Assembly: GCF_006345805.1 (NCBI RefSeq)
Contig: NC_043008.1
Coordinates: 63,922,001 to 63,986,000 of the forward strand
Reading direction: 5' to 3'
Length of the DNA: 64,000 nucleotides
Source of the DNA: Octopus sinensis
Taxonomy: Eukaryota
Positions 53,212-64,000 of the stretch are shown here, in pieces. Positions within the stretch are counted from its first letter, which is position 1, and the number at the start of each line of letters is the position of its first letter. Made by a program: the position numbers and the translations under genes. A model generated the notes under the pieces. The model was not told the DNA's origin. It ran no database searches and worked only from the letters and a program-made list of their open reading frames with translations.

Positions 53212-53217
53212 GTATGC

Positions 53218-53288
<71 letters not shown>

Positions 53289-53430
53289 TATAAGTATGTA
53301 CATATATAATAACAAATTAATAAATAAAACATATGCATATATGTACGTACCTACATCTACGTACATATATATATGTATACATAATACAGATATACATCTA
53401 TACACATGCATATATATATATATACATATA
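53050..53430. repeat. (AT)n-rich microsatellite (similar tracts at 2170-2390 and 10010-10258)
   Basis: Read directly from the sequence. Confidence 0.95.
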
Positions 53431-54084
53431 AACTCTGCAATAAAAGACCTTCAAGTAAATTTTACACAACCAAGAATTCCAGAAAACAATCTCAAAAATC
53501 AAAGCGAATGCCTTATATTCCATATTCGCTAAAAATACTGTTGGGGGGAAGTGGTTAGGGTTTAATTTCTTTTGTTTTTGCTTTTATAGCTGTGTGTGTG
53601 TGTATGTGTGTGTGTGTGCGTATGTGTGTGTGTGGGTGTGTGTCAAGAAGATGAAAAGAAATGTCTTAAAGAAATATTTTAATCTGGCGGGGGTTTCTTC
53701 GAACTATATAACAGCAGAACCAATCTAACAACACTAACACCAACAACACCATCACACCAACATCAAAAACATCCCAACCACCACCACCCCCACCAACAAC
53801 AACAACAACAACAATACCACCAAAATGATACAATGTCACTGAAGGTATTATTTGATTTATCTACAATTGTATTGATTCAGATGATCTAATGGGAACAGAT
53901 GAGAATATTTTTCATCATGCCATATCATTTTTGAGCTACTTGAAGCAGAAGATCCTAGGAATTTTAGAAAAATCTCTAGGATTAGCTACAAACAAATCCT
54001 AGCTGCGGGTTAACATCACTCTCAATTTTTTTCTGACTCTACACCATTTTCTCTCAACAATCTTTGTATTCTTTTTTTTAAAAT

Positions 54085-54249
54085 AGCTGATGTTGTTGTT
54101 GTTATTTTTGTTGCTATTATTATTATTATGATCATTATTATTATCATTATTATTATTATTATTATCATTATTATTGTTATTATTATTATTGTTATTACTA
54201 TTATTATTATTATTATCATTATTATTGTTATTATTATTATTGTTATTAC

Positions 54250-54288
<39 letters not shown>

Positions 54289-54500
54289 TATTATTATTAT
54301 TACTATTATTATTATTATTACTATTATTATTAGCATTATTATTACTATTATTATTATTATTATTATTAATATCATCATCATCATCATCATCATTATTATT
54401 GTTATTATTATTATTATTATTAATATCATCATCATCATCATCATCATCATTATTATTGTTATTATTATTATTATTATTATTATTGTTATTATTATTATTT
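54085..54500. repeat. Long (ATT)n/(CAT)n trinucleotide tract
   Basis: Read directly; source of the poly-I/L/M pseudo-ORFs. Confidence 0.95.
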
Positions 54501-55120
54501 CTTTTACCAGAATAAACAGTAACCAGAAATGATAAACAGGAAAAGTATAGATTTATGGCTTTCAGGAAGAGGCAATATATGTCTGTGATTTTTTTCTTTT
54601 TTTTTCCCCCTATTTTCTTTTCTTTTGAATATACATATTAAAATCAAAGGATAAAGTTCCAGCAATTATGACACAAGCATAAAAGAGCGGAAAGAAAAAC
54701 AGAAAAGTGGATGATTCCAAATATAAACCACTTGAAGATTATGAAGAAAAAAGAAGGATGGAAGGAGTGTATGTGTATGTGTTTGTGTCTACAAGAGTAA
54801 GCATGTATGCATGTTGTCAACAGAAACACTCAAGTTTCAAGAACTCACCATTCCAAGAAGTATACACATATACACAATATACATACATACATACATACAT
54901 ATATACATATATATATGCATGTATCAATGTATGCACGTATATATATTTACACACATATATATATATATACAAGCATGACTGTGTGGTTAAGAAGTTTGCT
55001 GCCAAACCATGTGGATTCTTGGGTTCAGTTCTTCAGCCTGATACTTTGAGTATGTCTTCTCCTTGAGCTCTAAGATAACCAAATTCTTATGAGTGGGTTT
55101 AGAAGACAGAAACTGAAATA

Positions 55121-55663
55121 CGAGGGTGAGTCAAAAAGTAATGCCATTTTGTTTAAGACAGGTATAATTACCAACACAGGAACATGTATCATACATCAAA
55201 ATGAAGCTGGTCCTCTGTGGATCACATCTCTACTTCTCAAAATAGTCACCATTTCTTTCAATAGCAATGTTCCACCTTCGAATGAGAGCATGTATCACTA
55301 CCCCGACAAATTCTGTCGACTGTTCTTTGAGCCACTTCTTCACTACAGTTTTCACTTCCTTGTCACTGGACTATCATCTCTTCGGCCTCATGAAAGAGGG
55401 TTTGAGAGGCAAACATTATTCCAGTGATGAGGAAGTGAAAACTGTAGTGAAGAAGTGGCTCAAAGAACAGTCGACAGAATTTTACGGGGCAGGGATACAT
55501 GCTCTCATTCGAAGGTGGAACGTTGCTATTGAGAGAAACGGTGACTATGTTGAGAAGTAGAGATGTGATCCACAGAGGACCAGCTTCATTTTGATGTATG
55601 ATGCATGTTCCTGTGTTGGTAATTATACCTGTCCTAAACAAAATGACATTACTTTTTGACTCG
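55121..55663. mobile_element. mariner-derived fold-back element made of two 3' ends, inserted in a family A SINE
   Basis: Arms 55121-55370 and 55421-55663 are inverted; both encode the transposase C-terminus (EVKTVVKKWLKEQSTEF...IERNGDYVEK); TA flanks. Confidence 0.8.
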
Positions 55664-58600
55664 TAAATATTCATATAAGCAAGTGTGTGTGTGTGTGTGT
55701 ACGTGCGTGCATGTGTGTATGTGTGCATTTATATGTTTGTTTCCATTTGTGCTCTATGATATGCCTTATGAGCAGTGTTGTTGTCACTTCTATCAACAAC
55801 TTCCCTATTTGCTAAGTGCCTTCACAGAACTCTTAGTTGCAAAGTATTTTAACTGCAAGAAGGGCATCCAGCTGAAAAGTAATACATCGATAATATATTC
55901 ACCTTACATATGCAATCGTAGAAGAATGGCTCTCAAAAAATGAAAAAACAAATGAACGCTGAGCTTCTACTGTTTTTTTTCTGTGAAATTTTGTTCCCAA
56001 AATATAGTTCTATCTTAACCAATGAAGAAATTAAACCCCAAAACCACGTTTGTGAAGCCAACTTCTTAATCACATAGTCACGTTTGCAACCAGTTGGAAA
56101 TATTATAAAACTTATTAATGTTTCACTCATAAACTCTCATCAAACACTACACACTGCAGATACTACAGAAAACTTTCATTTCAACATCATTTTTAACTTC
56201 AAACATTATTGCTGCTTATACTTTTGATTTTAATGATAATTTAATAACGTATAAATATAACTAATAATTGATAATGTACATTTTCAAATATGTGGATATC
56301 CTCATTAAGTAAAGGACTTCAGTTATAGTTTCCATTATTACAGCAACAACAATAACAACAAAAACACCAGCAGAAACCTAGTTCTTATATATTTATAATC
56401 GCAACAGTAACACTAATTTTCAGATATAGATTACCGAATATCTATATTCAAAAGACTTCTACAGATTTACATAAAAATTAAAATTGTTTGCAATTTACTG
56501 TTAAGTGATATTTTCAAAGTTGTACTTCATCATCTCTCATTTTATTGATTTAATATCATTTTGTACACAATTGAATATTATATGACTTTTTTTTTCTGAC
56601 AGAAAACATCTGCCTTAGTTTTCAATCAATTCTTGTTCAAATGATTTTTGTTTAAAAGTTTCTTATAATAAACCTCATAAATTTAATTATAGTTTCTGAT
56701 ATGTAAGCAATAAATTATCCATGGGTTTTCAACTATTACCATTAAATTCCTGCCTTTATCATTCATGCTTCTGGCTCTCGCTCTTTGAAGAGGTCATCGA
56801 GCAAGCAGTAATGTGTCTCTTTAGTTATATCAGAAATATAAATATCTTGAAAGTACATGTCCAGTACACACTGTAAAAGGCAAGGCTGACAGAACACTTC
56901 AGTTTTTTTGAGGACATGCCACCTCCCTAATGCTGGTGCCACAATAAAATGCACCCAGTAGACTTTGTAAAGAGGCTGGCAGTTGGAAAGGCCTATAGCC
57001 ATAGAATTAAAAAATTAAACACAAGTGATATGCAGTCTTTTGATTTCTCAAGGTGAGCACCCCTACTAAATATGTGCCAACTCTGAATGCAGAAACCCAT
57101 TTAATCCATGTTGTTATGGTAAGTAAATGTACAACAACAATGCTAACAATACTAGTGATGACAACAACGATTGTTGTTTAAATATACTTTTTCTTTCATA
57201 GCTTCCTGTGACAGTCTTTATAAATTTTGTTCTCGTAAGCTCTGAATATGCAAGCAACATATTTACATAAGATTTGTCACCTAAAGATTTAGCAATAAAT
57301 ATCCAATAGAGCAGTGTTTCTCACAGACAGAAGAGGGCAGGACATTTAGAGACGGGGCTAATATAAGGACTGAAAAGTCGATGAATATATTGTGAGATTT
57401 GATAAAATTACAATAGTTTTGAAGTGTTTCTAAACTTACACAACACCATAACAAAGGAGACACCAAGTCTATTTTGTCTCATGGTTAATAAAGCAGTGAG
57501 TGATTTTGCAAGAAAGGACATTTAATCTATTGTTCAACCTTACTTTAGAGGTAGGGGAAAATAAAATAATCACAGTATTGATATATAACTAGATACATAC
57601 ATTTCGTTTTTGGATTTGGTTTGCAAGATTCTTTATGTGAGTTCGTATGTTGAAGCATATTCTGTTGTGTCTGGGAAGAGTCATTTTCTCTTGGTGCCTT
57701 ATAATTTAACACACTCACTGGTAAAATTTGACTCTCAACGACTATTGAAAAGGTTGCAAGATGCAATGAAAATTTTAGAAAAATAAAAAAGAAATAAGTG
57801 AAATTTTACCGGTGAGTGTGTTAAATTATAAGGCACCAAAAGAGAATGACTCTCCCCAGACACAGTAGATACATACAGATATTGTGATGTCTTAACTATG
57901 TACCTCCTCTACAGCAAGACATCTATCTCTCTGTCACACTCTAACCTTTCATAATTTGGCACGTGATCATCCCTTCCAGTGCCCTCTTCCCTCTGAAAGT
58001 TATTTGGTGACCCTGCCAGTGCAGATGCCACCTAAGAAGCATTCAGTCCACACTGTAAAGTGGTTAGCATTTGGAAGGGCATCCAGCTGTAGAAACCATG
58101 CCAAACTCACCTTGCCTGTGCTGATGCAATGTAAAAAGCACTCGGCCCACTCTGCAAGGTGGTTGATGTTAGGAAGGGCATCCAGCTGTAAAAGCCATGC
58201 CAAAACAGATACAGAAATGCAAAAGTTGACCTCAGCAAAAGTTGAACTCAGGATGTACAAGGGAATCAATTACCTAATGTAGATACTGCAAAGAATTTTG
58301 CTTAACACTTTAGGAATCCTAGAAGGATGAAACAGGATTTAAACTCAGAATGTAAAAAGATGTAAGAATGCTTTGCTAATTCTTACATATAACTGGTCTA
58401 CTGGTCCCATCACTAGGAGATGGAAAGGGTTCACTCTCCAGCCTGCAATTTTATCTGATGTGGTTGTGCATCATTAACCAGCTAGAGGAGATGTCCTCTT
58501 GGGGTTAAAAAAATTGCAGTAGAGTCTGCTTGAACAGACAGATATGTTAAAGTAACTACAAATATAAACCTAAATATCAATTTTTTGCCTTACTGGCACT

Positions 58601-61083
58601 TGTGCCTGTGGCACGTGAACAAAACATTCGAGCGAGGTCATTGCCAGTGCTGCTGGACTGACTCTTGTGCAGGTGGCACATAAAAAACACCATTTTCAAG
58701 CGTGGCTGTTGCCAGTACCACCAGACTGGCCCTCGTGCCGGTGGCACATAAAAGCACCCACACACACCTGGAGTGGTGGGCGTTAGGAAGGGCATCCAGC
58801 TGTAGAAACTCTGCCAAATCAGATTGGAGCTTGGTGCAGCCATCTGGCTCGCCAGTCCTAAGTCAAATCGTCCAAACCATGCTAGCATGGAAAGCAAACA
58901 TTAAATGATGATGATGATGAGTAAAAGAGAACACTTGATTACATTGACTCAGTATTTAGCTGGCACTTTATTTTATTCAAAGTTGACCTCAGCAAGATTC
59001 GAACTCAAAATGTAACCACCATTTCACAAGGGTTTTTGTATCCGATTGTCTGTAATTTTTATCAAGCTACCCATCATAAATGTTAGATTATTGTAACGTC
59101 AATAAGGACAGGCTAGTTAATATTGAAACGATGTTGAACAATGTACATCAATTAGCTTATCCTGCTTTCATATAAGTGGCCGTAGACTGTGCCAAGTACA
59201 GATCTTATGATTTATTTGCAATGTCATTTACCAGTCATCAATCATATCGTGTCTATCATATCGTTTGTCTGATTATCAAAAAAAAAAGATGAATGATAAT
59301 TTAGTAAACCAAAGATACCTTTGATTCTCTTTTATAGAAGGAAGAAAAATATAGCAGATAAAGAAAATGCTTGTGTTAGTCTTAAAGACTGATCGTTAAT
59401 AATTAGCTAATTGTAAACAAGGTTTATCAACAACTAAATCATTGTATTTTTCATCCACATCTTCTTCCTTCTCCTCCTCCTCATCATCATCATCGTCATC
59501 AGCCGTGGTGGTGGTTGCAGCAGCATGATTATCATCATCGTCATCATTATTGTCATCATCATCATCATTGTCATCATCATCAGCAGTGTTTTAATGTCTG
59601 TTTTTCCATGCCTGTGTAGACCAGATGTAATTTGTTGAGGAGGGGATTTCGCCTCCCAGATGCCTTGCCTGTCACCAACCTTCACCTATTTCCAAGTGAG
59701 GTAATATTTCCTCATGGCCAGACATGTTTTCACAGAATTTTGAAAATAAACACCACCACTTGTTATATGTTCGACACTCATTTACATCTATCACATGATC
59801 CCAAGACAAAAACATGCACGTACACACACACACACAACACACACACACAACACACACAACACACACATACATACCCCCACCATGCACAATATATAAACTG
59901 ATGGTCTTCTTTAAGTTTCTATCAACCATATCTACTCACAAAGCCCAGGATTATAGATAAAGACACTTGCCTAAAGTACCATGCAGTGGGACTGAACTCC
60001 AAACCCTGTTGTTTGGAAGTAAACTTCATAACTACACAGGCATGCTTATGCGTATCGTTATCATTAAAAATTAAACAAACCTTTTCACATACTAGTAGAG
60101 CAAGCAAGCATAGCATATTTTGATGTCTCTCCATTTTGTTGCCTTTTATGTACACAATTCAATATTTACAAAGTGGAGTTGAAAAGTTCTTGGCTTTGGG
60201 TAAAAGAAATACAGGAGGATCAGTTGATTATGATTTTATTGGACATAATCCCCTCTCAGATGCACATGCTTTACTGCAGTGGCCCTTCAGGTTTTTTAAG
60301 CTCTGTAAAAGAACTGAGAAAGTTAGACCTCCAGCCAGGTCTTTTGCGATATCCTTAAAGCTAAGAACTTTTCAGCCCACCCCACTCATATACATTTAAT
60401 CTAACCTTTCTATTGTATTTGTTTGTTTCAAATACCATATTTCTAATGAAATACTTGCTTATGCATTTCAATTAATTTGAAAATATTTAGGAATTTCAAT
60501 GGATCTAATAAGTAATTTAATTTTTTTCTTTTTATTAATTTGTATTTTAAATTGGAATAATTAATGAAAATTTTTATATTAAATCAAAGCAAAATGCTGT
60601 AATTTAAATCTGAACACCTTAAAATGAGGAGATTTTGGATCATAGGGTCAAAAGTAGTCTCAAGCAGGTTGGTATCAAACGGTTGAGTGTTCCAGGATCA
60701 CAGGCATTCTAGTTGTCCCTTTCATGTCTTTTATTTAGATTTAGTTTACCTACAACTATATTTTTCTGATGTTGTCTACTTTTCAAAAAATGTTCGGTGT
60801 TAATAGAGAAAGATTTAGTTATTTAGACACTAGCATGGCTATGTGGTAAGAAGTTTGCTTTTCAACCGCATGGCTCCAGGTTCAGTCCCACTGCTTGGCA
60901 TCTCAGGCCAAGTGTCTTCTATGGCCTCAGACCAACCAAAGTTTTGTGAGTGGATTTGGTAGCCAGAAACCCATTGTATGTGTGTGAATGTGTGTGTGTG
61001 TGTGTGTTTGTCCCCCACCATCGCTTGACAACTAGCGTTGATGTTTTCACATCCTTAAGTTGGCAGTTCAGTATAGAATAAGT

Positions 61084-61647
61084 GTGGAGGCGCAATGGCC
61101 CAGTGGTTAGGGCAGCGGACTCGCGGTCATAGGATCACGGTTTCGATTTCCAGACCAGGCGTTGTGAGTGTTTATTGAGCGAAAACACCTAAAGCTCCAC
61201 GAGGCTCCGGCAGGGATGGTGGTGATCCCTGCTGTACTCTTTCACCACAACTTTCTCTCACTCTTACTTCCTGTTTCTGTTGTACCTGTATTTCAAAGGG
61301 CCGGCCTTGTCACTCTCTGTGTCACGCTGAATATCCCCGAGAACTATGTTAAGGGTACACGTGTCTGTGGAGTGCTCAGCCACTTACACGTTGATTTCAC
61401 GAGCAGGCTGTTTCGTTGATTCGGATCAACCGGAACCCTCGTCGTCGTAACCGACGGAGTGCTTCAATTTCAAAGGGCCGGCCTTGTCACTCTCTGTGTC
61501 ACGCTGAATATCCCCGAGAACTATGTTAAGGGTACACGTGTCTGTGGAGTGCTCAGCCACTTACACGTTAATTTCACGAGCAGGCTGTTTCGTTGATTTG
61601 GATCAACCGGAACCCTCGTCGTCGTAACCGACGGAGTGCTTCCATCC
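61084..61647 (+). mobile_element. SINE family C with internal 177-bp tandem duplication and 11-bp TSD, nested in a family A SINE (60834-61775)
   Basis: TSD atagaataagt at 61073-61083 and 61648-61658; repeat units 61290-61466 and 61467-61643. Confidence 0.85.
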
Positions 61648-62599
61648 ATAGAATAAGTACTGAACATAGAAAGATAAAACAAGTGCCAGATTCGATTCGT
61701 TCAACTAAAACTTCTGTATTGTGGTGCATCAGCATGACCACAGTTTAATGATTGAAACAAGTAAAAGATAAAAACAAAGATTTCATTCCTAAAACAAGGC
61801 AAGTAACAACATAAATCAGTTGTGAGTATTTTTCAGTAGTGGTCAGAGACTTTTTTAATCCTTATTTATAATGTATTAAAATCAAAACATTTCAGAACCA
61901 AATTATATTGTTAAAAACATGAGTATTCAAGTAAAAAGTTTCAATAAGTTAATATGGTATCATTTATACAAGCAGACAGATTTTAAAATCTGTTGCAAAA
62001 AGAATATGTAATGCTGTTTGATTAAACTACAGTAAAAAATTTTGATTTCCTTACAAATATTTAGTATGAACTTTTTCAAATAGAGTCAAGTTCATGTTTC
62101 TTTATGGAAACTTTCAAATTTGCTTTTAATTCTGTATTTGTAGAAATTTTAATAATTCTATACGAAATTATAACTGAAAGAGTTAAATTTTTAGTCAAAA
62201 ATGTTTCTATTAATGGAGAACTCAGATTATCTTTTTATTTAAAAATTTTTTTTACAGGAATTTCAGTACATTTATACAATTTGTAAATTTTGCTCAGAAG
62301 AATTACTTTATTTTTCATATGCAATATTTTTTTTCCAATGATGACTGATTAATTTTTAAATTCTATTTTATCTTGTCTGTAAAAAAAAAATGAAATAAAA
62401 TTTTGTCTTGGTGAATTGGCTTTGATGAAGAAATATGAATGAGGAGCAAGAAAAAATAATTGCAACAAAACAAGCTGGTGAATTGCGAGTTTCCATCTTT
62501 CATACATAATTGGGAATAATATTGCATTTATTAATCTTGGTGGTGGGCAATATTCTTATGAGTTTGGACACATAAGTCCGCAGCAATTTTGACCTTTGG

Positions 62600-63410
62600 T
62601 CACAGTCCATAACTAATCAGAGAAGTAAAACACTTGATCATCAGCAGATATAACCAGCATGAAATGCAATTTGGAGACAAATCGAGGTAGAAATGACACC
62701 AGAGGGAACATATGGAAGAGTTAGACACAAAAAGATGCGAGAGGAAGTAATAACGAAAGATCTTCAGACATAGGACCTTACAGAGGGGATAGCAGGGGAC
62801 CAAGACTCCTGGCAGTTTGTTGCACTTGAGAAGACACACCAATCTATGTAAAATCGTGGCTGTTCTTGCATATTGGTATGTCCCTTGCATCCTTCTTCAG
62901 CTGAGTGTTCATAATACTGCAGGGTTGTGCATGCTGGTGTCACATAAAAAAGCATCTGTACCAGTGCCCATAAAAGCACCCATGCCACTGTGGGCGCAAA
63001 CACAAGAGCGGGCAGCTGAAGACCTGGGCAACGACGATAAAGGAGGGCCTCTTCGAACTCTCAGGTCTGCGCAGATGGAACCACGAATGGCTCACTATCT
63101 CCAGTGACCTCACACAGGACCGTCGAGTGTGGGATGCCATGGTTTGTGATGCCGTCAGGACCAGAGAAGCTGGTTCAACCCACCCTGGGTGAGCGCTGTC
63201 ACAAGTACAAGTACAAGTAAGTACTGCTGAGTAAAAGCACCCAGTACATGCTGTACAGTGGTTGGCATTAGGAAGGGCAACCATGGCGAAACAGATGTGG
63301 AGTGTGTGCAGCTCTTCAGCTAGCCAGCTCCTGTCAAACTGCTTGAACCATGCCAGCTTGGAAAATAAACACAAAATGATGATGGATATGATGAACATGA
63401 TGATGATGAT
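62600..63410 (+). mobile_element. RTE LINE 3' end with UTR and (GAT)n tail
   Basis: Remnant GTYGRVRHKKMREEVITKDLQT*DLTEGIAGDQDSWQFVALEKT followed by the common 3' UTR. Confidence 0.7.
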
Positions 63411-64000
63411 GTAAAATTTGCATTGAAGTCAAGTCATCCAACTAACAACAGAAAATAGATTTCAAAATGAAGGACTTCATTTCTTTTACTGTTTAATGAT
63501 TCACAGCACAAAAGGCCAAGTGTTCTATAGATTAAACAATAAAAAGAAACTAAAATGGTGGCAAATGATTTGAAAATTATTTCACTTCAGTTGACATTTC
63601 TATTGAAGAGAGCAGAACTGATTAAAACTTATCTGCTACAATTTCAGACAATATTAAGTTTAAAATGTAAAACTTCCTATCAATATCTCTGTTAAAAGCT
63701 GGTAGCTGCCAATTTACAAATTGATATGTATCAATACATGTCAATATCAAGTGACAGAATTAATAGAGTGTCAGACAAAACATCTAGTTGTAATTACTTA
63801 TATCTAATTAGTGTTGTCACTTTACTTTTGGAGTTTAAAGTTCACTAGGATTAACTCTGCCTTTTTATCTTCTGAAGTGAAAAAATTATGCATATACATA
63901 TATATAAATACACCCCCACAACACATACACACACAAATATAAATTAATGTTTTCTACTATAGCTTCAGGCCAACCAAAGCCTTGTGAGTGGATTTGGTAG

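Noticed and set aside
61084-61160. tRNA gene
   Set aside because: It is the tRNA-derived head of a SINE, continuing into repeat body with a TSD; no complete cloverleaf.

Overview
AT-rich, repeat-saturated eukaryotic non-coding DNA. The tRNA-derived SINE families, RTE/CR1 LINE tails, Tc1/mariner relics and dense (AT)n/(ATAC)n/(CAT)n microsatellites look like an octopus/cephalopod genome (inference from recognising the repeats; no search run). No intact host gene could be identified, and the supplied ORFs are microsatellite read-throughs or decayed transposon fragments. The standout is a near-identical 1.74-kb insertion at 13441-15180. It consists of a ~350-bp inverted copy followed by ~2.9 tandem copies of a ~475-bp non-coding unit, sitting inside the central (TA)n of a SINE. 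Each unit carries a complete type I hammerhead ribozyme motif (8-bp stem I, CUGAUGA, long stem II, GAAA, palindromic stem III, GUC cleavage triplet). This matches a retrozyme / non-autonomous Penelope-like element that could make a ~475-nt self-cleaving circular RNA. Four further, distinct short hammerhead-bearing repeat families occur in the window, most of them next to (TA)n tracts; two of these families have non-canonical cores (CUGUUGA; CCGACGA).
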